Below the pieces are notes generated by a model. The model was not told the origin of the DNA and made no database searches. It was given only the letters and a program-made list of their open reading frames with translations. Positions 48,917 to 58,285 of a stretch of 64,000 nt of DNA are shown in pieces. The stretch lies in assembly GCA_947473475.1 (NCBI GenBank), contig CANJBZ010000009.1:21919-85918 (forward strand), given 5' to 3'. The translations under genes and the position numbers were made by a program. The stretch comes from Alphaproteobacteria bacterium. Lineage in GTDB: Bacteria > Pseudomonadota > Alphaproteobacteria > Micropepsales > Micropepsaceae. Numbering within the stretch: position 1 is the first letter of the stretch; every line of letters starts with the position of its first letter.

Positions 48917-49708
48917 CCGCGTCGCCGTAACGTCGGTTGCGAAGTCTGCCAGCGCCTCGCGAACGCGCGGGATCAGTGCGTCCCAATCGGCGAATTTCTC
49001 GCAAGCGAACACGCGCGTGCTCCCGTACCAGGGATAATAGTCCGTCCCGAGCTGCGGCCATACGCGGCTCGCCACCAGGAACCAGGTTTCACGTCCGAGC
49101 GCGCCGGCCATGGCAGCGGCGGCTGTCGGGGCCGAGATCACCAAATCACACGCATCGGTCAAGGCGGCGGCGCCGTCCAGATCGTCTTTCAGATTTAAGT
49201 CTTCGAAATTGTGGACCGTGATGCCGAGCTTTTCCCGCACGGCGTCCAGCTCGGGGGCGACATCGCCATATTGCAGATTGACGAATGTCACGCCGGGAAG
49301 TGAGAGGATAGGCTTCCAGGAATCGAGCGGGCTGTAATATTTGCCGCGCTTGGCGCCCATCACCATCGAACGCCAGCAGATGCCGACATAAGGCCCAGGA
49401 CCAAGCTGGGCCAAACGCTCACGGAACATTGCGCGCTTTTCCGTATCGGCGCGCAGGAACGCGTTCCGCGGAAAATCCCCAAGGGTCTTGCGGAGAAACG
49501 GAAGCGCCGAGCCCATGGGGGCGTAAAAATCCGGTTCGCCCCCCTCGCGCGCCCACTGAAAGACGCGCGCCGTTTTGGCTTCGAGTTTTCCGTCATGGTA
49601 CGGACCGACGTCCGCGGCAGGAAAGGATCGCCGGAAAATCGGCACCAAACGCGGATCGACAGCAATCTGCAATTTACCCTCGGCGCCGGCGGCGGCTACG
49701 TCCAACAC
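48905..49708 (-). CDS. glycosyltransferase family 9-like (heptosyltransferase-fold) protein, apparently lacking the usual N-terminal segment
   Basis: 267 aa with a GTG start. WKPILSLPGVTFVNLQYGD and DLDGAAALTDACDLVISAPTAAAAMAGALGRETWFLV match the C-terminal Rossmann half of GT9-like proteins. An in-frame stop lies 4 codons upstream of the start. Confidence 0.55.
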   Translation of the reverse strand: MLDVAAAGAEGKLQIAVDPRLVPIFRRSFPAADVGPYHDGKLEAKTARVFQWAREGGEPDFYAPMGSALPFLRKTLGDFPRNAFLRADTEKRAMFRERLAQLGPGPYVGICWRSMVMGAKRGKYYSPLDSWKPILSLPGVTFVNLQYGDVAPELDAVREKLGITVHNFEDLNLKDDLDGAAALTDACDLVISAPTAAAAMAGALGRETWFLVASRVWPQLGTDYYPWYGSTRVFACEKFADWDALIPRVREALADFATDVTATRSAA

Positions 49709-49831
49709 CGCGGCGCCAGCCTATGTGCAAAGCCAGCTTGCCGGCTATCAGACCGCGCTCGCCTGGATGCAGACGCGGAACAACTGACAATTCCCAAGCT
49801 GCCAGTTCCAGCAGCCTGATGTTACCTTTTT

Positions 49832-52800
49832 TCAAGCGGGAAGTGCGCGTGCGGTTTTGCCGTAGCTGGGTGCGGGCTTGCGCGTGCGCAAGATCAAGAA
49901 CGAAATCGCAGGCAGCACGAATAAGGTAAGCGCGGTGGATGTGATGAGGCCGCCAATAACCACGGTCGCCAGCGGCCTTTGCACCTCGGCGCCGGTGCCG
50001 GTTGCTATCGCCATCGGTACAAAGCCAAGCGAGGCAACCAGCGCCGTCATCAACACCGGACGCACCCGTTCCAACGCGCCGCGCTTGATGGCCGTGGCGG
50101 CGTCCTCCCCCATGCCCATGCGGCGGCGGATCGACGACATCAGCACCAGACCGTTGAGCACGGCCACGCCGGACACCGCAATAAAACCAACCGCCGCCGA
50201 TACGGAAAACGGGATATCGCGCAACGCGATCGCGAACACCCCGCCTGCAAGCGCAAGCGGCACCGCGGAAAACACCGTCAGCGCGAGCGGAATGCTCCCA
50301 AGCGCCATATAAAGCGCGATCAAGATGAGTATGAGGCAGGCCGGCACCACGATTTCCAAGCGACGCACGGCTTGCTGCAGATTTTGGAACTGCCCGCCCC
50401 ATTCGATCCATGAACCGGGCGGCAGCTTCACATCGCTTGCGATACGCACCTGCGCTTCGTCCACGAAAGAGCCGATATCACGGCCACGGATGTTCGCTTC
50501 GACGAAGATGCGGCGCTTTCCATTGTCGCGGCTGATTTCATTCAGGCCTTCGGAGAAGCCAAACGCCGCCAATTGGCGCAACGGAACCGACTTCCGCGGC
50601 ATGCCCGCTTCTCCCGGCAGCATCACCGGAAGGGCGCCCAGAGCGTCGAGATCGTTGCGCTGCAGATTGGGCGCGCGCACAACGATTTCATATCGCCGGT
50701 CGCCGTCGAACAAGAGACCCGCGGCACGTCCTCCGAGCGCGGCCGACACTGTGTCGGCGACGTCCGCCATCGAAAGCCGGTAACGGCCAATCGCATCGCG
50801 ATCGAACTTGATGTCGAAGGTCGGAAACCCTTCGGTCTGCGCAACCCGAAGGTCCGCAACACCCGGTACACGGCGGAGCACGCCGGCAATCCGCTGCGCG
50901 GTCGCACCCATCAAATCCAGATCGTCGCCATAAACCGCGACCGCAACATCGCTGCGAACGCCGCCGATCAATTCGTTGAACCGCATCTGAATCGGCTGCG
51001 TAATATCGTAGAAATTGCCGACCACCGGCGCGGTCACCTGCTCGAGGCGCTTGAGAACATCATCCTTTGAGGTCACGCCTGCGGGCCATTCGCTCCTAGG
51101 TTTCAGGATGACATAATTGTCCGACGCATTGGGCGGCATGGGATCGGCTGCAAGACTGGCGGTTCCGGCTTTGGAGTAGACCAGAGCCACTTCCGGCAAG
51201 GTCATGATCGCGCGCTCCAAAGGCAGGTCCAATTTGACCGACTGCTCAATGGACGTGGAGGGAATGCGCACCGAGGATAGATTGAAATTCGTCTCGTCCA
51301 GCGTCGGCATGAACACGCGGCCGAGCGACAGGAAGGCAAAAACGGAAGCCGCGAAGATGGCGACGCCCCCCGCAATGAAGGGGATGGGGTGATCGACGAC
51401 CCGGTTCAGCAGGGGCGCATAGAGCCGCTTCGTTGCGCGAATGAAACCGACCTCGGTTTCGGACACGCGGCCGCTGATAAGCAGCGCCACAAGCGCCGGA
51501 ACGAAAGTCAGCGACAGCACAAAGGCAGAGCCCAGCGCCAGCATCAGGGTGATGACCATCGGCGAAAACATCTTGCCTTCGACGCCCTGGAACGTGAGGC
51601 AAGGGATGAAAACCAGAAAAATGACGATCTGTCCGTAAATGGTGGGGCGCACCATTTCCTGCGACGACAGCACGGCCTCCGAAAGCCGTTCGTCCTGCGT
51701 CAATATCCGTCCCACATGCGCCTGCCGCTCGGAAATTCGTCGCAGCGTGTTCTCCACGATGATCACGGCGCCATCGATGATGAGGCCGAAGTCGAGCGCG
51801 CCGAGGCTCATCAAATTGCCGGAAATTCCAAGCGCGTTCATGCCCGTTGCGCTCATCAGAATCGAAAGCGGGATGACCAGCGTTGCAATTGTCGCGGCGC
51901 GCACGTTGCCCAGCAGTAGGAACAGCGTGACGATCACCAGCATGGCGCCGATGGCCAGGTTTTCAACCACGGTGGTAATGGTCGCGTTCACAAGCTGCGA
52001 GCGATCCAGCGCAACATTGGCGGAAATTCCCGGCGGAAGGTTGCCCCGGATTTCGAGGAGCTTTTCGCGGACGGCGCTGGCGACCGTGCGGCTGTTTTCT
52101 CCGGCCAGCATGAGCGCGGTGCCGATCACCACTTCTTCGCCGTTCTTGCTTGCGGCGCCACGGCGCATTTCTCCGCCGATACGAACCGCGCCGATATCCT
52201 TGACCGCAATGGGCACGCCGTTGCGCGTCGCGACGACCGCCTGTTCGATCTCGCCGATGGAATGGATGCGCGCATCGGCCCGCACCAGATAAGCCTCTCC
52301 GGCGCGCTGAATGTAGTTGGCTCCAACGGAAAGATTGGCATCCTCCAACGCTTTGGCGACATCCGAATAGGAAATGCCGTAGGCGGTGAGCTTCGTGGGG
52401 TTCGGCTCAACAACATATTGCTTCTCATAGCCACCCAGCGAGTCGATATCGGCAACGCCGCTGACGGTGCGAAGCTGCGGCCGGATGATCCAATCCTGAA
52501 CCGTGCGCAGATAAGCCTGCCGCGAAATTTCATCCGTCAGCCGTTCGCCTTCGAGCGTCAGATAGGAGCCATCGCTCTGCCAGCCGGCCTCGTCGTCGCG
52601 CGCGGGTGCTTGCGTTGCGCCCGGCCTCACGAACTCCACGCTGTACATGAAGATTTCGCCAAGGCCGGTCGAAACCGGGCCCAATTGCGGTTCGACGTCC
52701 GGGGGAAGATTCGGCTTTGCCTGCGCTAGCCGCTCCGAAACCTGCTGGCGCATGAAATACAGATTGCTGTCTTCGCGGAAGATGGCCGTCACCTGGCCGT

Positions 52801-53068
52801 AACCGTTGCGCGAGAAAGAGCGCGTGCTCTCGACACCGGAGAGGCCCGACAACGCCGTTTCAATGGGAAACGTGACACGCTTTTCGACTTCCTCGGGGCC
52901 AAGTGTGGGCGCCAGGAAATTGATCTGCACCTGCTTGTTGGTGATGTCGGGCAGCGCGTCGATGGGCAACCGCGCGACTTCGTAGAACCCGTAAGCAGCG
53001 ACAATGCTGGTGACGAAGACGACAAACCAGCGTGCGTGAACGGAGAAAGAAAGAATGCGGTCGATCAT
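49832..53068 (-). CDS. czcA: heavy-metal efflux RND transporter, CzcA/CusA family
   Basis: 1078 aa with 12-TM RND architecture. The TM4 signature LDFGLIIDGAVIIVEN (DFG-DGA-VEN) is typical of divalent-cation HME-RND pumps. Confidence 0.95.
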   Translation of the reverse strand: MIDRILSFSVHARWFVVFVTSIVAAYGFYEVARLPIDALPDITNKQVQINFLAPTLGPEEVEKRVTFPIETALSGLSGVESTRSFSRNGYGQVTAIFREDSNLYFMRQQVSERLAQAKPNLPPDVEPQLGPVSTGLGEIFMYSVEFVRPGATQAPARDDEAGWQSDGSYLTLEGERLTDEISRQAYLRTVQDWIIRPQLRTVSGVADIDSLGGYEKQYVVEPNPTKLTAYGISYSDVAKALEDANLSVGANYIQRAGEAYLVRADARIHSIGEIEQAVVATRNGVPIAVKDIGAVRIGGEMRRGAASKNGEEVVIGTALMLAGENSRTVASAVREKLLEIRGNLPPGISANVALDRSQLVNATITTVVENLAIGAMLVIVTLFLLLGNVRAATIATLVIPLSILMSATGMNALGISGNLMSLGALDFGLIIDGAVIIVENTLRRISERQAHVGRILTQDERLSEAVLSSQEMVRPTIYGQIVIFLVFIPCLTFQGVEGKMFSPMVITLMLALGSAFVLSLTFVPALVALLISGRVSETEVGFIRATKRLYAPLLNRVVDHPIPFIAGGVAIFAASVFAFLSLGRVFMPTLDETNFNLSSVRIPSTSIEQSVKLDLPLERAIMTLPEVALVYSKAGTASLAADPMPPNASDNYVILKPRSEWPAGVTSKDDVLKRLEQVTAPVVGNFYDITQPIQMRFNELIGGVRSDVAVAVYGDDLDLMGATAQRIAGVLRRVPGVADLRVAQTEGFPTFDIKFDRDAIGRYRLSMADVADTVSAALGGRAAGLLFDGDRRYEIVVRAPNLQRNDLDALGALPVMLPGEAGMPRKSVPLRQLAAFGFSEGLNEISRDNGKRRIFVEANIRGRDIGSFVDEAQVRIASDVKLPPGSWIEWGGQFQNLQQAVRRLEIVVPACLILILIALYMALGSIPLALTVFSAVPLALAGGVFAIALRDIPFSVSAAVGFIAVSGVAVLNGLVLMSSIRRRMGMGEDAATAIKRGALERVRPVLMTALVASLGFVPMAIATGTGAEVQRPLATVVIGGLITSTALTLFVLPAISFLILRTRKPAPSYGKTARALPA

Positions 53069-54216
53069 TCCTCGTCCCCGCCTTTGCCAAGTTCGGCTTT
53101 CAGGAAGAAGGCATTGGCTGTTGCGATGGTTTCGCCCGGCATAACCCCGGACAGAATTGTCACGCGGCCTCCGGCGCGCGCACCGACCGAGATGGGACGT
53201 ACTTTGAACCCGGTTGCCGTACGCACGAACACGACGGTGCGCCCGCCGACGTTCTGCACGGCGTCTTCCGGTACAACGACGCCGCCGGGCCCCGCATTCT
53301 TCGGCAGGATCGTCACTTGCACGGCTTCGCCTTGCGATAGCGCCTCGTGCGAACCGTCCAGAGCAATGACAGCCGTGGCCGCCCGTGTCTGCTCATTGAC
53401 GTTAGGCGTGATGCTGCGGACTTTGCCGGCGAGCATGGCTCCGGAAGACGTCATCACTTGCGCCGCGTCCCCAATCGTGAGGCGCAGCGCATCGTTGGCT
53501 GTGACAGCGGCTTCCACCTGAATGAAGCGCGGGTCTGCGATGCGGAACAATTCCGTTTCCGGTTGGACAAACGTGCCGAGCGCCGCGGATATGGCGGTCA
53601 CTCTGCCGGGAAGCGGGCTGATGACGGCAATCTGGCCGTTGGCGGTCACATGCGCGGCGGCAGCAGCTTCGCGGGCGCGCTGGACTTCAGCGTCCGCCAC
53701 GGCCAACTCCGCCTGCGCGCGTTCCAGATCCTGGCGCGGTGTGACGCGTTGATTGAAAAGCTCCTGTTCGCGCGCGAGCTGTGACCGCGCCAATGCCGCT
53801 TTGGATTCGGCGACGCTGCGGTCGGCCACCATGGCCGTTGCATCGCGGCTTTCGACAATGGCCACGGTTTCGCCGGCGCGGACGGTGTCGCCCAACTGCT
53901 TGGCAAGACGAATGATCGTGCCCGACGTGTGCGCCGTAATAACCCCGATGCCGTTGGATGCGGCGCTGACGACGCCTGGAGCAAGAACATCGAGGCTCAG
54001 ATTTCCCGATGTCACCGCTTCTGTCTTGATGCCAACCGTATCCAGATAGGAAGCATTGAGCGTCAGCTCATCGGCTTGCGCGGCTGGTTTTTCGACTTGG
54101 GCTTGCGGCTGAGCTGTATCCGGCGCGGCTTGGCGGGACGCCGCCAGCCAATAACCGAACCCGCCGGCTGCAAGCACCGCGGTGCCGAACAGTGTCATGC
54201 GCAATGCGGGGCTCAT
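53065..54216 (-). CDS. czcB: efflux RND periplasmic adaptor (membrane fusion) subunit, CzcB-like
   Basis: 383 aa with an N-terminal anchor, a coiled-coil hairpin (ALARSQLAREQELF...AQAELAVADAEVQRA) and beta-barrel domains. There are 4-nt overlaps with both neighbours. Confidence 0.9.
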   Translation of the reverse strand: MSPALRMTLFGTAVLAAGGFGYWLAASRQAAPDTAQPQAQVEKPAAQADELTLNASYLDTVGIKTEAVTSGNLSLDVLAPGVVSAASNGIGVITAHTSGTIIRLAKQLGDTVRAGETVAIVESRDATAMVADRSVAESKAALARSQLAREQELFNQRVTPRQDLERAQAELAVADAEVQRAREAAAAAHVTANGQIAVISPLPGRVTAISAALGTFVQPETELFRIADPRFIQVEAAVTANDALRLTIGDAAQVMTSSGAMLAGKVRSITPNVNEQTRAATAVIALDGSHEALSQGEAVQVTILPKNAGPGGVVVPEDAVQNVGGRTVVFVRTATGFKVRPISVGARAGGRVTILSGVMPGETIATANAFFLKAELGKGGDEE

Positions 54217-55475
54217 AATTTATCTCCGAAGGGGATGCGGCCGGTCAGGCGGGCAATAGAGGCTTCGGCACGAACACGGGCGCCGCGCGCATCGAGGGTC
54301 CGCAGTTGCGCATCGGTCAGAGTGCGCCGCGATGCAAGCACTTCGACCAGCGGCGTTCGTCCCGCCTCATAGCCCACGCGCGCCAAACGGTAGGCTTCAC
54401 CGGCCGCCTGCTCTGCCTGATTGGAGGCCGCGACACGGCGTTCCGCCGCCGCGGCCTGTGACAAGGCGGCGCGATAGTCCGCTTCCGCGCTCAGCCGTGC
54501 ACCGGCGACACGGGCTTCGGCGGCGGCAAGTTCGGCTTCCGCCGTCGCGATATTTCCGGCGTTATTGTTGTACAGCGGCAAAGGGACCGAGACTCCGGCG
54601 ATAACTGCTTTCGCATTTTCCCCCGCGAAGCGCCGCAGGCCCAGCGATACCGTCACGTCCGGCGTCGCCCGGGTGCGTTCGACGGCGATCCGTTGGAAAG
54701 CGGCATTGCGCGCTGCTTCCGCCGCACGCACTGCCGGCGAAGAGATTTCCTCCGCGGAGCCTCGCAGCTCTGCCGCGCGGTCGAGCAGCGATGGCGTTAT
54801 GGCGGTGTACGGCATCAGCGTTCCCACCAGCCCTGACAGCCGCGCGAGCGCCTCGGATGCATTTGCCCGCGCGCCTTCCAGCTCAGCCTCGGCGGATGTG
54901 CGCGCGGCATTGGCCTGCACGGCCCGCAAGTCCGCTTCACGGCCTGCGCTGACCAGGGCGCGCGCCGCCCGTTCATCTTCCTGCGAACGGTCCAACGCTT
55001 CCGCGGCCAATTCGGCGCGGCGTGCGGCTTCCTCAGCCGTGACATAAGCGACAGCAAGCTCATACGCGAATTCGATGCGAACCCGGTCACGCTCGGCGCG
55101 GGCGGTTTCCAGCACGGCGCCTGCCGCATTGATACGCGCCGTGCGCTGTCCGCCGATTTCGAATGGCTGGACGAACGACAATGTCGTCTGCTCCTGTGAA
55201 AGGCCGTTGTACGACGTACCGCGTCCGACGTTCTCTGCCTCTAAGCCGATGCTGGGATTGGGGCGAACCGCGGCCTGGACAGTCCCGCCTTGCGCCGCCC
55301 GGATGTTCGCTTCGCTTTCCGCAAAACGCGGCGCGGTCGATTCGGCACGCCGCACAAGCTCCGCATAGGGCGGCGCTGGTTCGGCGTGTGCCGTGGAAAC
55401 CGCGGCACTCAGCGCAGCGGCACCCAACATCCACCGCAGCCGCGTGGGCATTCCCCTAGAGAAATGGCTATTCAT
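54213..55475 (-). CDS. czcC: outer-membrane efflux protein, TolC/CzcC family
   Basis: The start MNSHFSRGMPTRLRWMLGAAALSAAVSTAHA is a signal peptide. The Ala-rich duplicated OEP repeats are typical of CzcC. Confidence 0.9.
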   Translation of the reverse strand: MNSHFSRGMPTRLRWMLGAAALSAAVSTAHAEPAPPYAELVRRAESTAPRFAESEANIRAAQGGTVQAAVRPNPSIGLEAENVGRGTSYNGLSQEQTTLSFVQPFEIGGQRTARINAAGAVLETARAERDRVRIEFAYELAVAYVTAEEAARRAELAAEALDRSQEDERAARALVSAGREADLRAVQANAARTSAEAELEGARANASEALARLSGLVGTLMPYTAITPSLLDRAAELRGSAEEISSPAVRAAEAARNAAFQRIAVERTRATPDVTVSLGLRRFAGENAKAVIAGVSVPLPLYNNNAGNIATAEAELAAAEARVAGARLSAEADYRAALSQAAAAERRVAASNQAEQAAGEAYRLARVGYEAGRTPLVEVLASRRTLTDAQLRTLDARGARVRAEASIARLTGRIPFGDKL

Positions 55476-55601
55476 GGGTTCCTCGAATGGAAGCGCACTT
55501 CGTTGCCGTGCCTCAGCGGTTTGCATGGCCCTTCATTAGCGCAGGTAAGCCGCGCTGCCATCCGCCGGATATTATCCTGACGGCGCAATCGGGCGGGGGC
55601 G

Positions 55602-56771
55602 CTACTTCGCGGCGACGGGCACCAAGCCTTTGAATGCGAATTTCTGGATGCGTTTGCCGTCCTGAACTTCTGTCACGTAGAGGTTGCCTTTGGCATCCAC
55701 GTTCATGTGATGCATGACGTAGAACTCGCCGGGAGCGACACCGTTGCGGCCGAACGAGTCGAGCGGCTCCAGCGTTTTGCGGTCGAGCACCCACACGCGC
55801 GCGGCGCTGCGGCTCGCCACATACAAAAAGCGCTGCTCCGGATCGGGTGAAAACGCCGTGCTGGCGACGGTCTGCCCATTGCCGCAATGCGGAGCTTCGC
55901 AATAGCGGTCGATGAAGACCTGGGTCTGGTATTTGCCGTCCAGTGTGAAAATTTGCACGCGCTTGCCGCCGCGGTCCGAGACATAGACGAGGCCGTCGTT
56001 CGAGACGCGCACCGCGTGGACGGGCTGCACGAATTGCTCCGGTCCACGGCCGGTCAATTCTTTCGCCGGGATGCGCTGGTCTTCCGGGACTTTCTTCGCT
56101 TCGGGCACGTCGTCCAGCGGCTTGTTGCCGAACGCGCCCCACATGCGCTTGAACTTGCCTGTATCGCCGTCGAACACGATGACGCGGCGATTCCCATAGC
56201 CATCGGCGACGAACAATTCGTTTGTCTTGGCGTAATAGAAAATGTCGGCGGCTTGTTTGACGTTCTCGGTATCGTTGTTGCCTTTGCTGGCGCTCTTCTT
56301 CCCGATCTGCATCACGAATTTGCCGTCCTTCGTGAATTTCATCAGGTGATTGTCGGTGATGCCGTTGCCGCCGATCCAGATGAAGCCGCGCGGATCGGCA
56401 TAGATGCCGTGCTCGGTTTCGGGCCAATCATAGCCCGCGCCGGGGCCGCCCCAGCCGCGCAGGAAATTTCCGTTCTCGTCGAATTCCAGCACCGGCGGCG
56501 CGGCCATGCCCTTGGCCTTCTGGTCGGCGCGTAGCGTGGTCGGCCGTTGCAAAATCCAGGCGTGGCCGTTCTCGTCAATGGAGACACTGGACACCTGACC
56601 GAATATCCATTTCGCGGGAAGCTTCGGCCACGACGTATCGACCTCAAACTTCGGCACCATGCGCGTTTGCACCTGCGCCGCATCGGCGTGATACGAGGTC
56701 CACATCGCGGCCGGCATCAGCAGAGCCGCAGTGGCGCCCGCAAACAACATCCGGCGCATCGAAATTTTCAT
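55602..56771 (-). CDS. secreted NHL-repeat six-bladed beta-propeller protein
   Basis: The start MKISMRRMLFAGATAALLMPAAMW is a signal peptide. Repeated NHL units are present (YVADGYGNRRVIVFD, VYVSDRGGKRVQIF, LYVTEVQDGKRIQKF). The 5' extension to 56849 runs into the repeat and was rejected. Confidence 0.8.
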   Translation of the reverse strand: MKISMRRMLFAGATAALLMPAAMWTSYHADAAQVQTRMVPKFEVDTSWPKLPAKWIFGQVSSVSIDENGHAWILQRPTTLRADQKAKGMAAPPVLEFDENGNFLRGWGGPGAGYDWPETEHGIYADPRGFIWIGGNGITDNHLMKFTKDGKFVMQIGKKSASKGNNDTENVKQAADIFYYAKTNELFVADGYGNRRVIVFDGDTGKFKRMWGAFGNKPLDDVPEAKKVPEDQRIPAKELTGRGPEQFVQPVHAVRVSNDGLVYVSDRGGKRVQIFTLDGKYQTQVFIDRYCEAPHCGNGQTVASTAFSPDPEQRFLYVASRSAARVWVLDRKTLEPLDSFGRNGVAPGEFYVMHHMNVDAKGNLYVTEVQDGKRIQKFAFKGLVPVAAK

Positions 56772-56803
56772 GGCTTTCCTCCCAGGCAGGCGCGCGTTGT
56801 GCA

Positions 56804-56904
56804 AAAAAAGGGGTAACACAAAGGGCACGAAGTTCTTCACAAAGAGCACAAAGGACTTTGTGTCCTTCGTGCCTCCTTTGTGATCTTCGTGTAGCCCCTT
56901 CTTA
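56804..56904. repeat. palindromic REP-like element (copy 2, short form)
   Basis: An imperfect hairpin of CAC(A/G)AAG heptamers, AAGGGGTAACACAAAGGGCACGAAG...CTTCGTGTAGCCCCTT. It has the same AAGGGG...CCCCTTCTT termini as copy 1, and the shared 11-mer GGCGCGCGTTG lies just outside at 56789-56799. Confidence 0.7.
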
Positions 56905-56909
56905 CTGTT

Positions 56910-57722
56910 CTACAGCGGCTTCGGACGTTCGTTCAGTTCGATCAGTGTGCCCCATGGATCGGAGACGAAGCCGAGCGCGGCGCCCGATTCCTTGTTCAGA
57001 TTGTAGGGGCGTTCGATCTTCACGCCGTCCGCTTCCAGCTTCTTCATGAAGGCTTCGAGGCCCTTCACGTCAAAGCCGATGTGGTCGAGCGTGTGGCCTT
57101 TGGTGGGAACGGTCGGCATATCGCTCTTGCTGAAAGAGAGATTCACGCCCGGCAGATCGTCCGCGACATTGGTGCCGCGCATGCCCGGCTTGCCGCCGAA
57201 GTGCTTCGCGTACCACGCTTGGATTTTCGGTATCTCGGCGTCAGCGACAGCGAAGTGCACATGGTGGCTTTTGATCGGAACCGTCTGTGCTTTGTCTTCC
57301 AGAATTTCGACGCGCAAGCCGTCCGGGGTCGTGACGAAGGCTTGATCCTTGCGTCCGTTGCCGCCCGGCTCGACCGTTACGCCGGCCGCTTTCCATTTCG
57401 CCGTGGACGCTTGCACGTCGGGTACCAGGAAGCCGACATGATTGACGACGGTGCCGACGGAACCGCCGACCGCCGACGCTGTGCCCGGTCCTTGGTTCAG
57501 GAACACGATCACGCCCGGGAATTTCACGATGTCGAAATTGCCGTTCTTCTGCCACGTGCCGCCCATCGCGACGAAAATCTTCTTATTGGCCTCGACGTCC
57601 TTCGAGTTCATGTGCCAATGGCCATTGGTCACGCCCATTGCATTGGGCGGCTCCGATTGCGCGGCGGCTGCCGTCGCAGCAATGCAGAAAGCAAGTGAAA
57701 AGGCGCCGAACAGTTTGCGCAT
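56910..57722 (-). CDS. secreted tandem VOC (glyoxalase/bleomycin-resistance/dioxygenase) family protein
   Basis: 270 aa with the signal peptide MRKLFGAFSLAFCIAATAAAA. It has two VOC-like halves (HWHMNS...VNHVGFLV and HHVHFAV...LDHIGFDV). Confidence 0.75.
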   Translation of the reverse strand: MRKLFGAFSLAFCIAATAAAAQSEPPNAMGVTNGHWHMNSKDVEANKKIFVAMGGTWQKNGNFDIVKFPGVIVFLNQGPGTASAVGGSVGTVVNHVGFLVPDVQASTAKWKAAGVTVEPGGNGRKDQAFVTTPDGLRVEILEDKAQTVPIKSHHVHFAVADAEIPKIQAWYAKHFGGKPGMRGTNVADDLPGVNLSFSKSDMPTVPTKGHTLDHIGFDVKGLEAFMKKLEADGVKIERPYNLNKESGAALGFVSDPWGTLIELNERPKPL

Positions 57723-57820
57723 AGCCTATCGTCCTCCCGATGGATTGCGCGAAAAAGCGCAAATCGGCGCGAACGCTATCACTCCCGCACCATAGGCGGA
57801 AGACAGCCGGTCCAGTCGGG

Positions 57821-58285
57821 CTAGACGACCTTGTTGTAGACGATGGCGCCGCTGGAGACGGCGCGTTTGGGGATGGGCTGCGGGCTGTACGGTCGTGAAC
57901 CGTGGCGTGCTTGTTCCACACCCTCCGCGACAGCCTGCACCAAGCCTTCGGACGCTTCGCGCATGGCCGACACCAGCTTCTCGTGCCGCACCAGCAATTT
58001 GTCGAGTTTGCCGCCGGTTTCCTTCAAGGCGGCGATCAGGGGCTTGGGAACGCCTTTGATACCGCCCTCGGCCTTCAGCGATTTTACTTCGCGGCCGTAG
58101 AACGCGCAGAGCTTCTCGATTTCCGGGTCGGTGGTTTTCAGTTCATGGACGGCGCCGCGTTCGAGCGCGGAGATATCGCCCGAAATCGCTTCGATCAGCC
58201 GCCTGCTGACCGTCAGTAATTGTTCAAGCCGCAGACGTTGGCGTTCCGTTTGGGGATCGGTTTGTGTCGTCGGGGCGGGGTTCAT
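57821..58285 (-). CDS. FlbY-like flagellar accessory protein (assignment by position)
   Basis: 154 aa helical protein that overlaps the stop of the rod-binding gene by 4 nt. It occupies the third position of a flgI-cheL-flbY arrangement as in Caulobacter. I cannot verify sequence similarity without a search. Confidence 0.5.
   Translation of the reverse strand: MNPAPTTQTDPQTERQRLRLEQLLTVSRRLIEAISGDISALERGAVHELKTTDPEIEKLCAFYGREVKSLKAEGGIKGVPKPLIAALKETGGKLDKLLVRHEKLVSAMREASEGLVQAVAEGVEQARHGSRPYSPQPIPKRAVSSGAIVYNKVV

Noticed and set aside
49674-50411. 245-aa minus-strand ORF bridging the czcA 3' end and the GT9-like gene.
   Set aside because: It is an alternate frame of czcA. I examined it as a possible missing N-terminus of the GT9-like gene, but its translation (…RLHPGERGLIAGKLALHIGW…) shows no GT9-like motif.
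55513-56427. 304-aa minus-strand ORF overlapping the NHL gene and the czcC upstream region.
   Set aside because: It is an alternate frame of the NHL-repeat gene. The translation is extremely Arg-rich, whereas the chosen frame has a signal peptide and NHL repeats.
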